This document shows, piece by piece, positions 18,897 through 28,795 of a DNA stretch of 44,452 bases; the first letter of the stretch is position 1, and each line of letters begins with the position of its first letter. The DNA lies in the IMG/VR virus record IMGVR_UViG_3300027688_000007, positions 1-44,452 of that record. One strand, given 5' to 3'. The notes under the pieces were generated by a model. The model was not told where the DNA came from. It saw only the letters and a list, made by a program, of their open reading frames with translations, and ran no database searches. Position numbers and translations under genes: made by a program. This DNA comes from a virus (taxonomy: Duplodnaviria; Caudoviricetes).

Positions 18897-19349
18897 ATGG
18901 CAGGTATTTACAAGAACTCAATGGGCAGCAAGCTGTACATCCAGCCTCTTGGGTCTACGACGCTAACTGCAGGACCAGATACGCTACGAACTCTGAACCT
19001 TGTTACATTCGGACAAGTACAGTCTATCGCAGTTGTTATCGCTTCTGCAGTACTTGCAGGGTCAACAACTGTTATCTGGTACGGTGCCCCTAACGCAGAC
19101 GGTAGCGGCACTCTAGTAGCAATTGCTACTCTGACTCTTATCTCAACGTCAACAACTGGTGTACTCCAGATTGATGCTGAAGATATCGGAGAAGCTGCTG
19201 AAGTAGCAGGATTGGGCGTAGCTGGCTTCAAAGCACTAGTGTTGAAGATCGATGGTGCTAACGCTGACACTATCAAGTCAACTGTAGTAGCTATCCCATT
19301 CCACGAACGAGTAGGCTTGACCCCATCAGCAGTAACGGCTCTTACTTAG
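18897..19349 (+). CDS. Putative capsid decoration protein
   Basis: Follows the capsid gene; AAGGA RBS; small, beta-rich, A/T/G-rich. Confidence 0.55.
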   Translation: MAGIYKNSMGSKLYIQPLGSTTLTAGPDTLRTLNLVTFGQVQSIAVVIASAVLAGSTTVIWYGAPNADGSGTLVAIATLTLISTSTTGVLQIDAEDIGEAAEVAGLGVAGFKALVLKIDGANADTIKSTVVAIPFHERVGLTPSAVTALT

Positions 19350-19368
19350 TACATGGCTTCGGCTATGG

Positions 19369-19410
19369 AGACTGTATCAGTTTTCATGGGGGTTACTGGT
19401 ACAGTCTTTT
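19369..19410 (+). terminator. Intrinsic terminator
   Basis: AGACTGTATCAGT/ACTGGTACAGTCT stem followed by a T run. Confidence 0.6.
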
Positions 19411-19430
19411 ATATACAAGGTTAGACTCTA

Positions 19431-20066
19431 ATGCCTCTAGTCATCGACAGAACTTCTGAAGCTGCACTAACGACATTGTTTGACACGGACTTCATTCGCA
19501 GTCTAACTAAGTATCTCGGTATGGACGCCGACACCCCTTCGGAAGATATGCCTCTCTCAGTGAATGAATTACTGGAAGAGGCTATCTCTGCTTGCGAACA
19601 AGAACAATGGAGATTCATTCTACCTAAACAGGTAAAGCTACTAGTGCCGGTAGAGGCATTCACCGACTACGATAGATTGGTATTCTTACCGCTAGGTGTA
19701 GCAGCTACTGTGGCAATTGCCTACACTGATACCGATGCAGCAACAGTACAGTTTACCGACTTCACAAAATACGATGGTGAACCGATTAGACTGTACTCTG
19801 ATACTTGGATGGATATGGTTAACGATTGCTCAGAAGACCCATATCCTATCACAATCACATACACACCGGGGTACACCAGCTACGCTAAAGTACCTAAGTC
19901 TACCGTAAGAGCATTGAAGCTACTGGTATCGTATAACTTCGAGTTTAGAGGCATAGACGCTCCAATACCAGAGGCATACAAACATCATCGTAACTTAGCA
20001 TGGTTAAACAATGACCGTGCTAACAGATACATTACAGACGACTGGAATAAGGTGTCGCCTAAATGA
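19431..20066 (+). CDS. Head-tail adaptor (gp6/gp15-like)
   Basis: KYLGMD...AISACE, ITYTPGY...VPKSTVRALKLLVSYNFEFR. Confidence 0.8.
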   Translation: MPLVIDRTSEAALTTLFDTDFIRSLTKYLGMDADTPSEDMPLSVNELLEEAISACEQEQWRFILPKQVKLLVPVEAFTDYDRLVFLPLGVAATVAIAYTDTDAATVQFTDFTKYDGEPIRLYSDTWMDMVNDCSEDPYPITITYTPGYTSYAKVPKSTVRALKLLVSYNFEFRGIDAPIPEAYKHHRNLAWLNNDRANRYITDDWNKVSPK

Positions 20067-20461
20067 TTAAACGATGTAACAAGCGATACGTATGCAAGTT
20101 CTATACATGCAGTGAAACAACGCTATCAGAACCCACCATCGATAGTATGGGACAGCTTAGTCAAAAGTTTAGTCTACATGCGAAAGGTGTGTTCTCTAAA
20201 GAAAAACCAAGATCACCTAAAGAAGTCAAAGAGGGTGACAGATCAATCAACGAACAAGAGTCATTACTAGTTGGTACGTGGACTAAAACTCTGTCTAATG
20301 TGACCCACGGGATGTACTGCTTTATTCCATCCCTCAGCAAAGTATATGCGGTACAAGGTGATGCAACTGATCCTATGGGTGACAGAAAGATCGTACAGAT
20401 ATCAATTGTTGATAACGTAACGATAAATACTAGTCAAGAGATGCCAGGCACCCTAATCTAA
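20063..20461 (+). CDS. Head closure/stopper protein
   Basis: Position, size and the DSMGQ and DPMGD motifs. Confidence 0.6.
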   Translation: MIKRCNKRYVCKFYTCSETTLSEPTIDSMGQLSQKFSLHAKGVFSKEKPRSPKEVKEGDRSINEQESLLVGTWTKTLSNVTHGMYCFIPSLSKVYAVQGDATDPMGDRKIVQISIVDNVTINTSQEMPGTLI

Positions 20462-21153
20462 TGGCTAAGTACAAGTTACCAATTATAGGGCTGAAAGTAA
20501 AACTAACAGTACCTAAGTTTCTTGAACCTGACCTACAGATGATGGATAACCAGTCTGTTGGTATCGCTATCAGAGAGGCATTGAGGGCTGCTGGCAGACC
20601 CGGAGTTGCGATACTAAAACAGATCCTTAAAGCTAGTCTAGCAGGAGAAGAACAGTCAACTGGTGCTACTGAAAGAGCAGTAACCATAAAGTACGGTAGA
20701 TCTAAGAAGAACCCAAATAGTTTCTACTTAGCTATCGGCGTTGACAAGTCGCACTTCGAAGTGCATACAGCTACAGCACCCCACGGTCAAGTAACTAAGA
20801 AACGTCGTGGCAGGAAACTGCGAGGTGCTGGTCTGTATGGTACGCAGACTAGGATGAATAAGAAGCAGACAACAAAGACTAAAAAAGTGTTCTCTCGTTA
20901 TCGTGATGCTGGTAGAATTAAAGCACTAAGAGGTAAGTCTTTCAAGCGAATGCCTAAGAGATACTTCCATCTTATTGATAACGGATTTGTTCACAGGCAT
21001 GGATCAGCGGTACCGGGTTATAAGTTCATTGATAAGCTAAGAACAGCCCTACAAGATTCATTGCAGAAGACATTTGAAGAGCGGCTTAAAAATCTAGTAA
21101 TGCCGGTCATCAGAAGAGAACTAATGAGAAAGTACAAGAATGTTCTCAAATAA
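20461..21153 (+). CDS. HK97 gp10-like neck protein
   Basis: Very basic; ALRAAG, STGATERAV, YFHLIDNGF...PGYKFI. Confidence 0.7.
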   Translation: MAKYKLPIIGLKVKLTVPKFLEPDLQMMDNQSVGIAIREALRAAGRPGVAILKQILKASLAGEEQSTGATERAVTIKYGRSKKNPNSFYLAIGVDKSHFEVHTATAPHGQVTKKRRGRKLRGAGLYGTQTRMNKKQTTKTKKVFSRYRDAGRIKALRGKSFKRMPKRYFHLIDNGFVHRHGSAVPGYKFIDKLRTALQDSLQKTFEERLKNLVMPVIRRELMRKYKNVLK

Positions 21154-21595
21154 AATAGCTAAGATGATACACGGACTACTTAGTAATTTAACTGTCCCAG
21201 CTTACTACGTAGATCAGGTTCCTAGCTTCGATCTAGTTAAGAACAAGAATGGATTCGTATGTTGGGACTGCGAAACCTCTAACCCTATGCACTGCACGGA
21301 AGGAATTGAGTATGCCGGTTCATCCATAGTACTTAACTTCAAACTAACTGTGACTGTATATGGCAGTACTATGTCAGTCAGGAATGCTATAGAAGCAACT
21401 ATACTAGATGTGCTGCAACCCAAAGCTAGTGGTAAACGAAAACCACTAAAGTCAACACAATTGACTGACGGATTCATTAGGTACTTAGTGTGGTTAAGTA
21501 CTGATGAGTTTCCTATACCTAAAACCGCACAATCCAATGCTGAACTATCAGCAACAGTATTAGTTTTTGATTCCTCAGTTTCAGTAGTGGAGTAA
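21140..21595 (+). CDS. Tail terminator/completion protein
   Basis: Synteny before the tail tube gene; size. Confidence 0.6.
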   Translation: MFSNKIAKMIHGLLSNLTVPAYYVDQVPSFDLVKNKNGFVCWDCETSNPMHCTEGIEYAGSSIVLNFKLTVTVYGSTMSVRNAIEATILDVLQPKASGKRKPLKSTQLTDGFIRYLVWLSTDEFPIPKTAQSNAELSATVLVFDSSVSVVE

Positions 21596-21599
21596 TGCA

Positions 21600-22091
21600 A
21601 TGCCCGTACGCGATGCCAGTAGGATTAGAGTGTTCCGTCCCAACGTCGATACTGACGCTGACGGTAGTGTAGAAGATAACCAGAACTCAGCTTATGTCTG
21701 CGTTGTAGGTAACGTATCGTGGTCTGGATTCAAACGTCAAGGTATTAAAACTACCTGCACTGAAGCATCAGTAGACGGTTGGGGCAACATCGTTCATACT
21801 TTCCGTGCCGGTAAGTTTATCGATCTAGGCACACTATCATTTGATGTTGACTACGACCCATCAACATCCGATGTTGTCAACTCATGGTTCCGTCAGACGC
21901 AAACTAAGAGCATGCGTGTTGACTTCCCAGCAGAGGCAGGCGAGACTACTGGTCCTAAGTTTACCATGCCATCGTTTGCTACTGATCTAGTACCTCACAC
22001 AGAAGCACTAACTGAAGGCGATAATGCCCGTAGTCGTGCTACAATGACATTCAAGTTGGCGTCTGACTGGACTATCACTAACGCAACTTAA
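21600..22091 (+). CDS. Tail tube (major tail) protein
   Basis: IDLGTLSFDVDYDP and RATMTFKLAS motifs; synteny. Confidence 0.75.
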   Translation: MPVRDASRIRVFRPNVDTDADGSVEDNQNSAYVCVVGNVSWSGFKRQGIKTTCTEASVDGWGNIVHTFRAGKFIDLGTLSFDVDYDPSTSDVVNSWFRQTQTKSMRVDFPAEAGETTGPKFTMPSFATDLVPHTEALTEGDNARSRATMTFKLASDWTITNAT

Positions 22092-22136
22092 TTTGAATAA
22101 CCCCCAGTTTCTAACCCCTAGTCTAAGGAAGTATTT

Positions 22137-22547
22137 GTGATTCGTCCCCCAATTGTTCAAGATATCGGTAATGATTACGCAGTCATTGAACCACCAGCAG
22201 GTATGTTGAAGCTGATCCAGAATAGAGTAGAAGAAGTAAAGAACCTAGAATCTAGGTTCGTAATGCTTGACTACTCTACTATCTTCATTCTTGCTTGTCT
22301 TCATACTAAGCAAGAAACTGTAGGAGCATACAACCCAGTAGTCTCTAGTATTGCAGGACTGTTGGGTGTAGGCCCGTACTACACAATTCGTGATGCGTTC
22401 ACTAATGCCACTGCTGCAGAGTTTATCTCTATCATCAGTGAGTTCCAGTTTACTTATCCTCGTGATGTTATTGATGAAGTGTTCAATAAGATTGACGAGT
22501 TGTGCTTCATCACTAAGAAGAAAGTAGATGACGAAAAAAAAGATTAG
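22137..22547 (+). CDS. Tail assembly chaperone (G-like)
   Basis: Between tube and tape measure genes; ends in EKKD over a slippery A run. Confidence 0.7.
   Translation: MIRPPIVQDIGNDYAVIEPPAGMLKLIQNRVEEVKNLESRFVMLDYSTIFILACLHTKQETVGAYNPVVSSIAGLLGVGPYYTIRDAFTNATAAEFISIISEFQFTYPRDVIDEVFNKIDELCFITKKKVDDEKKD
22535..22541 (+). other. -1 programmed ribosomal frameshift site A AAA AAA
   Basis: GAA AAA AAA GAT TAG in frame 0; the -1 frame continues ...RLVPGTDEY into ORF 22547-22879. Confidence 0.75.
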
Positions 22548-22879
22548 TGCCGGGAACTGATGAATACTTCATTATGTTCCTTTCTACTAGATGGGGTAAA
22601 CCATCAAACGAAATCGAATCCCTACCTTTGGGCGAGTTCAACAAACAGAAACTGTTTTGGGAACATTGCTCTTGGGGTGGGATCGATGACATTATGGCTT
22701 TGCACCATTCGTTCTATGTCAATGTAAAGACAAGACAGAAGAACATAACAGTTGCTGTAGTGAAGCGAATGGCATTATTCAGCAGTTCTGTTAGAATTGC
22801 AGTTATAGAATCAACTAAAAGTATCCGCAATGCTTTCATGAGTATTGCTAGTGCGATGAAAGCGAACAGTAATGACTAA
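22547..22879 (+). CDS. Tail assembly chaperone C-terminal part (T-like, expressed by frameshift)
   Basis: In the -1 frame relative to the upstream chaperone; overlaps the tape measure start. Confidence 0.7.
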   Translation: MPGTDEYFIMFLSTRWGKPSNEIESLPLGEFNKQKLFWEHCSWGGIDDIMALHHSFYVNVKTRQKNITVAVVKRMALFSSSVRIAVIESTKSIRNAFMSIASAMKANSND

Positions 22880-25337
22880 GATAGCCAGTGATGCAATGGT
22901 CATTCAACTTGCTATTGACATGGCAGGTGACGGTGAAGTACAAGACAGACTGAGCAGACTCAACGACTTCATTAATACCATCAACACTAAAGCGGCTAAG
23001 GGTACTGGTGCGGACTCTCTACGTCACGAACAGATGGCAGTCGAGGGTAAGTACGATCCTGAGATACAACGAAACTTAGAGATAGAGAAGGCTATTGCTT
23101 TAACAAACAAGCTCAACCTCTCAGCAGAGGCACAGTTAGCGATACTAGCTGAGATAGAAGAAAGATATCGTAAGATTGTAGCACTTCAGCACAATCAATT
23201 TGAAGCTAATAATATGCCCGGCGATGATATGGCTGCTACGTTCAAAAAGAACGTAGCAGACCAACTAGCTGCCGAAGAAGCAATACTGAATAGTAAAAAA
23301 CGAGCAGCTAAAGAAACTGAACGACTAGAAGAAGACCTACTATCTAGTCGTGAGAAAATGTTCAAGAAGTTAGCTGAAGTAAACAGACAGCTACTAGGTG
23401 GTGAAATTGATACGGATGGTGCTAGACTTCGTTCCGATGCTGCTAAAAAAGAATATGCAGAAACAGTAGCTAATGAGGCCAAGATTGCTGCAGCTAAGCA
23501 AGAAGCTGCTGATAAACAACTAGCTAGAGAACAGGCTGATATAGCTAAAAGAACTGCAGCATTCCATAAAGAGTACAAAGACAGAGTAGACTCTATTAAA
23601 GCTCAGAAGCAAGCATTCGTTGATGCTGCTATTGACTCCACTCAACGTAAAGCTGCAGCATCTATTGCCGCTACCGAACTCGCAGACAAGCAAGCTAACG
23701 CTACCAGACAGCAAGCTATTAACCTACTGAATTCGTTAGAAGACGCTACTCAAAGATTTGCCCGCACTACTGATGAACTACGTGCCCACTTAGAGGCTGG
23801 AGATATAACCAACGAACAGTATGCACAAGGTCTGGCTAACATTGAACGTCGTCAACGATCAATGGCAGGTGGTGCCAACAATATGGCGTATGCGATAGGA
23901 AATACTGTAACAGGTCTTGAAGACTTTGTCACTGTATTGTCAATTACTGGTTTCGGTATGGAAGGATTCTCTGCTGCTACTCGTGCTGCTAGTAACAACG
24001 TAGGTCAAGCAGTAAGAAGTCTTGGCACAGCAGCAGCAGCTATTGCAGCACCGTTAGTGTCTATTGGTATGGTACTTGCCGGAGCAGCTATACCTGCTAT
24101 CTACAGTTATATAACTGGTACAGAAGACGCTGAGAAGGCTACTCGCAAGTGGGAGGAAAGTCTTAAAGCCCTTATACGTACCGCTAGATTAGCAACTGAC
24201 GAAGTAGCATTACAACTTAATCGTGAAGAGACAGGTCGTGATATCAAAGGTATGAAAGATCCAGACGCTATACTGGATCGAATGAAAGATACCGTTTCTA
24301 AGATAGCTAAACTACAAAATGAATTATCTGGAGATGAAGCTGAACTAAAAGCTAAGGCTCAAGGTATTCTTAGTAAGATATTTACTGGTGGAACTGATGG
24401 TGATTTCAGTAGGATGGTTGACACTCTTAGTGCAGCAGCAGCAGATAACCCCCAACAAGCTACTGACCTAGAAGCTATGTGGCGTGAAGAGTACGCTAAG
24501 ATGCAAAGTGAGTTTCTAGATAATGCCGTAACAATGGGGGGAGATGCGGCTAAAGCTCAGCTAGAACAAGATATGGCTGCACTGCAGGGAGAAATGCAGA
24601 CCATGTTGGAAGGATTGTCATATGACGAACAGGTGAGTGTTCTGCAAGATAGTGGGAGTGCCCAAGGGTTATCAGACCTACTTGGTGGGGGTAATGCGTT
24701 CTTAAATATGTTTCCTGACCTAATGAACGAAGCTGCAATTCTCGATCAGATACAAGCAGTAACTGAAGAACTAGCTGCTCTTAGCAAAGAAGATACCATT
24801 GAGAACAAAAAGAAAAGAGAGGAACTAAAAAGCTACCATCAAGAGTTAAACCAACTGATGGACCAGAGGAAGAAAGCACAAGAAGAAGAACGAGCCGCAA
24901 ATGATGAGCAAGCTAGAATTGAAGGAGTACTGACTCAACAGCAAATTGACTCTGAGTTAAGATCTTTAACTATTCGACAGAAAAAAGCAAGTCTATTAGG
25001 GGATGAAAACGAAGCTGAACGTGCCCTACTAGATCTGGCAATGAAACGAGAACAGATGGGAGCATCAGGAACCATACCTGATGACGTTTTGAATAATCTG
25101 TTCAACATGGAACTGGAAGCTATAGCTACAGATCTTGAAAAACAGATAGCTAAAGCAGAAGAAATAACTAGAGCAGTTGGAATGGCTACTGAACCAGAAG
25201 CCTACACCTCAGCTAATAAGCAGATTATGGAAGCTGCAGGTAAAGACAAAACAAAGTTACAAGAACAGATTGATCTGCTAAAGGCTATACGAGATCAACT
25301 AGCCAGCGGCGGTACTATGACTGTGGAGGTTACGTAA
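22872..25337 (+). CDS. Tape measure protein
   Basis: 821 aa, Ala/Glu-rich helical protein with a central hydrophobic segment; synteny. Confidence 0.88.
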   Translation: MTKIASDAMVIQLAIDMAGDGEVQDRLSRLNDFINTINTKAAKGTGADSLRHEQMAVEGKYDPEIQRNLEIEKAIALTNKLNLSAEAQLAILAEIEERYRKIVALQHNQFEANNMPGDDMAATFKKNVADQLAAEEAILNSKKRAAKETERLEEDLLSSREKMFKKLAEVNRQLLGGEIDTDGARLRSDAAKKEYAETVANEAKIAAAKQEAADKQLAREQADIAKRTAAFHKEYKDRVDSIKAQKQAFVDAAIDSTQRKAAASIAATELADKQANATRQQAINLLNSLEDATQRFARTTDELRAHLEAGDITNEQYAQGLANIERRQRSMAGGANNMAYAIGNTVTGLEDFVTVLSITGFGMEGFSAATRAASNNVGQAVRSLGTAAAAIAAPLVSIGMVLAGAAIPAIYSYITGTEDAEKATRKWEESLKALIRTARLATDEVALQLNREETGRDIKGMKDPDAILDRMKDTVSKIAKLQNELSGDEAELKAKAQGILSKIFTGGTDGDFSRMVDTLSAAAADNPQQATDLEAMWREEYAKMQSEFLDNAVTMGGDAAKAQLEQDMAALQGEMQTMLEGLSYDEQVSVLQDSGSAQGLSDLLGGGNAFLNMFPDLMNEAAILDQIQAVTEELAALSKEDTIENKKKREELKSYHQELNQLMDQRKKAQEEERAANDEQARIEGVLTQQQIDSELRSLTIRQKKASLLGDENEAERALLDLAMKREQMGASGTIPDDVLNNLFNMELEAIATDLEKQIAKAEEITRAVGMATEPEAYTSANKQIMEAAGKDKTKLQEQIDLLKAIRDQLASGGTMTVEVT

Positions 25338-26383
25338 TGGGATTAAAACTAGTACACGGTTTCTTGCACGAGAAGCAAAAGGCTAAACCTGAGTGGGGTA
25401 ATATATCTCTATCAGAAACTGTACTGATCGAGATGGAATACGCATCTGACAGGACGGTAGCTGTAATTAGTGGACTACCTGCTCACCCAGCAAGTCCTTC
25501 AAGCTACAATCCTAAAGGACTATCATTTACTTTCGATCTATCTCCACATCCTGATGCCCCTAACTTAGTACTACGTACTGCTGGAGATCTGGTACAAGTT
25601 GATGGTGCTGGAGTGTTCTGGACAGTAGAACTGACGTACGCCGTGTTCAGTACTGCTGAACTCAACGGTGGGTTTGCAGCAGCCGGAGGCAGTAACAACC
25701 ATAATCCAAAACAAAGAAAAGACCAGAGAGAGTTCATAGACCCAGTAGACAGACCTGTAGTATGGAACATGTCTACTTCTATTGTGCAAAAGCAGACATA
25801 TGTACGTGCAGTACAGGTAGCGGGAGTGGATGTGCCAATTATCCATGCTAACGGACTTCCTATAACAGAACCTTACTCTTTTGAAGAGGCACACGAAACA
25901 CATAACTTCTCTTACAACATAGACTACACTACATTCGACCATGACGATTTTGATAACCATGTTGGTAAAGTCGATAGTGGTAACGCTTTAGGTCTAGGTA
26001 CCGGTAGAATTAAGTTTATTAACTTTACCGCTAATGAAGAATACGAATCTAATGGTGAAGGATTAGCAAGAACTGTATACCATTATGTGCGAGTTACTCT
26101 CAGCTTCGAGTACAATCCTAGTGGTTGGGCTAGAGACTATAAACTAGTCTCTATGAGTACTGTTCAGTTGGTAGCTGGTGAGCTAATTCCCATTAATATC
26201 AGTCCTACTGAGTACGCTCAAGAACCTTGGCCACTGCTGGCTGATGGTACTGCTGCACAGTACGATGCACTCGATGCAACTATGTTTGCTTTAGTAGCTC
26301 ATGGGTATCCTAGAACAATAAATTTAGAAGCTGTTGCAGATTCAAATCCCGGTCAAGGTAAGAAAGAACTAACAATACCATGA
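25337..26383 (+). CDS. Distal tail/tail tip protein
   Basis: TAATG coupling to the tape measure gene; beta-rich; YNPSGW. Confidence 0.6.
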   Translation: MGLKLVHGFLHEKQKAKPEWGNISLSETVLIEMEYASDRTVAVISGLPAHPASPSSYNPKGLSFTFDLSPHPDAPNLVLRTAGDLVQVDGAGVFWTVELTYAVFSTAELNGGFAAAGGSNNHNPKQRKDQREFIDPVDRPVVWNMSTSIVQKQTYVRAVQVAGVDVPIIHANGLPITEPYSFEEAHETHNFSYNIDYTTFDHDDFDNHVGKVDSGNALGLGTGRIKFINFTANEEYESNGEGLARTVYHYVRVTLSFEYNPSGWARDYKLVSMSTVQLVAGELIPINISPTEYAQEPWPLLADGTAAQYDALDATMFALVAHGYPRTINLEAVADSNPGQGKKELTIP

Positions 26384-27024
26384 CAACAAAGAAAACCCCA
26401 ACAACAGTAGGTGTGTTCCGCCCTGAAGACGCTAGGGAAATCAAGAAGAGAGTACTCGGTAATGACAGGGCCACTAACTTCCTACAGGGACATAGTGGTA
26501 AGTTTGATCTTGGTTGGCACTTCTGCCTACTATTAGAAAACTTAGGAGTAGCAACTAACCCTTTAACCGGCTACACTCAAGCCGATGCAAGGATTATATT
26601 CTACCCTGAAAACACCAATAGCCTAAATAATGTAGTCTCGACTGTAGATCCGATAACTATAACTAACAGATCACCATCTAACAGTGCCGGTATTGGTGAT
26701 CTTCTACTAGTTAGGTTTATCGTACGCGAATGGGCACCTATGTGGTGTGGTGGTGGTCAGCATCTTCAAGTAATCATGAGAGAAGATCTGTTAGCTGCTG
26801 TAAACACTAAGACAGATCCCAGCACGGCACAGGCTAGGATCTTACGACGCAAAGAAGATGGGGATTTAAGACTGTCCCTAGATGAAGTCACAGTTGTTAA
26901 TAGATTCAAAAACATCAGCATTGACAAAGGTGTCTATGCTAAGGTAGAGTGGATTGGTGGGGAGTGGCAACCGTACGCTGCTGACTGTCCGCCTGGTGAA
27001 AGTATAGATCCGGGGAGTGTATAA
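26380..27024 (+). CDS. Tail protein with a tandemly duplicated ~80-aa domain
   Basis: ATGA overlap; two homologous halves (TQADARI..TITNR..EW and STAQARI..TVVNR..EW). Confidence 0.65.
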   Translation: MTTKKTPTTVGVFRPEDAREIKKRVLGNDRATNFLQGHSGKFDLGWHFCLLLENLGVATNPLTGYTQADARIIFYPENTNSLNNVVSTVDPITITNRSPSNSAGIGDLLLVRFIVREWAPMWCGGGQHLQVIMREDLLAAVNTKTDPSTAQARILRRKEDGDLRLSLDEVTVVNRFKNISIDKGVYAKVEWIGGEWQPYAADCPPGESIDPGSV

Positions 27025-27710
27025 TGTTACTGGGATGTTGCCACTGCGAAGAACCACCTTCAGAGTCTAGCCTCAGTGAATCTAATCCCAGCGAATCCGC
27101 ACCGAGTGCGAGCCAAAGCCAGTCTGACAGCGGATCGACGAGTGAATCGACGCCACCACCGAGTGAATCCGATTCAACGCCCAGTGCGTCTGTCTCCAGC
27201 GATTCATACGAACTGATACCTGCAGTTTGTCTCAATCACTTTGGGTGTGAGGCGATACCGAGGTTTGTAACGGCTACAATAAGCGGCAGTCCCGAACCCG
27301 GTACAATTTGCCATTGCGGTATGCTTATCACCACGCAGCAGTTAGAGTTCTGCCATTGTGTATATTACCCGCACGGCGGGTACTGGGTTCTGTACTACGC
27401 TGCACGAAAAGCTAAGGTGCAGTTTATAACTCCATTTATATGTACTGATTCTGGAGCTTATACTTGGTGTGATAACCGTCAGTTAAGTTCCTCATGTAAA
27501 TTTTACCTAGAAGTAACGTCAACCGGTACGGTTGCTCTTTCTACCGGGAGAATCACATATGTCGATGGTTACCAGTTCTCAGTTAGCTGGTATGCCAACA
27601 GTGTTACCCACAACTGTCTAACATCAACTATTACACTGCCGTGGGTTGCTAATATAGACCCATTTCAACTAACGTGCGGTTTTGGTAGTGCAGTCATCAC
27701 CCCAGGATAG
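27024..27710 (+). CDS. Cys-rich tail-end protein with a Ser-rich low-complexity tract
   Basis: GCCHC N-terminus, 14 Cys by my count, SX-alternating tract at aa ~13-61. Confidence 0.7.
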   Translation: MLLGCCHCEEPPSESSLSESNPSESAPSASQSQSDSGSTSESTPPPSESDSTPSASVSSDSYELIPAVCLNHFGCEAIPRFVTATISGSPEPGTICHCGMLITTQQLEFCHCVYYPHGGYWVLYYAARKAKVQFITPFICTDSGAYTWCDNRQLSSSCKFYLEVTSTGTVALSTGRITYVDGYQFSVSWYANSVTHNCLTSTITLPWVANIDPFQLTCGFGSAVITPG

Positions 27711-27718
27711 TCAGAACA

Positions 27719-28795
27719 ATGCGTACGTGTATATTTCAGGAGGAATGTGGAATTCAGGGCAAACACAACTGCCTGAACACATACTACGTGGTAACAGCAG
27801 GTCCGATAAGCGAGACGTACTGTTCTACTTGTAGGTATTCTCGTCCAATACGCACCGGACCTGCTGACTACTTTACTCAGACAATGGATCTGCTAGTAGC
27901 TAAAGCCCGACGTGGAGAAATACACGTTGCGGCGAAACCCTGTGGTGGTTGTCGTGAAGTTAAACGAAGAGAAACTGAAACGATGCAGTTCGTATATCCG
28001 TACTGGCATAGCGGAGCTAATGACGACGAGATACGATGGTCTGTGCGATCTATTGAGCAGCACTACATAGGTAAGTCAAAGATAACTGTAATTGGAGATA
28101 AACCACCGTGGTACACAGGCCATTACATACCGCAGGCAAGAGTAGGCAAGCACACAACTAATAGAGCATTCCGGGACATGCTTACTAAGATGTGGACAAT
28201 GGCGGTACATAGTGAGATTGATAGCGAATTTGTCTGGATGATGGATGATATCTATTTTATCAAACCAGTAACAATAGAAGAACTAGAAACACCAAGGGCA
28301 ACTACATGGTCTGGGTCTGACTCTAATAGTTGGCAACGACGAAAGAAGAATACAATGTCTGCTCTGTCGACAGCAGGCCGCACTGTTCACGACTATGCGA
28401 CACACCTACCGCATACAGTTGAGAAAGACAAACTCAAACATATCTACGAAGAGTTCAAACTTCATGAAAATACCATGCTATGGGAAGTTCTGTACGGGAA
28501 TACTTATCGAGGCAGGCCAATATCGCCATTCCCATTCTTCAGACGTATTCAAAAGAAGGTAGGACTAGAAGAGTTAAAACAACTTACTGAGAAGGCCAAA
28601 GTGTTTAATCACACAGCATCAGCATGGTGTCCCGGCGTTCGTCAATTCCTTATAGATTTGTTTCCTACCCCGTCTACATGTGAGAAAGAACAAGTCTTCA
28701 CACCAAAGTACCCAGCAACTAAAAATGCTCGCCCGCCAGTGAAACGAAGACCACCAGAGACTCACAAGGTGAATGTTGAAAGGCAAGGTCAATGA
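27719..28795 (+). CDS. Stealth-like sugar-phosphate transferase with a Cys-rich N-terminal domain
   Basis: FVYPY, DEIRWSVRSIEQH, GDKPPW, FVWMMDDIYF resemble Stealth CR1/CR2 (ELRYSLRS...P.W...NDD.F). Confidence 0.65.
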   Translation: MRTCIFQEECGIQGKHNCLNTYYVVTAGPISETYCSTCRYSRPIRTGPADYFTQTMDLLVAKARRGEIHVAAKPCGGCREVKRRETETMQFVYPYWHSGANDDEIRWSVRSIEQHYIGKSKITVIGDKPPWYTGHYIPQARVGKHTTNRAFRDMLTKMWTMAVHSEIDSEFVWMMDDIYFIKPVTIEELETPRATTWSGSDSNSWQRRKKNTMSALSTAGRTVHDYATHLPHTVEKDKLKHIYEEFKLHENTMLWEVLYGNTYRGRPISPFPFFRRIQKKVGLEELKQLTEKAKVFNHTASAWCPGVRQFLIDLFPTPSTCEKEQVFTPKYPATKNARPPVKRRPPETHKVNVERQGQ

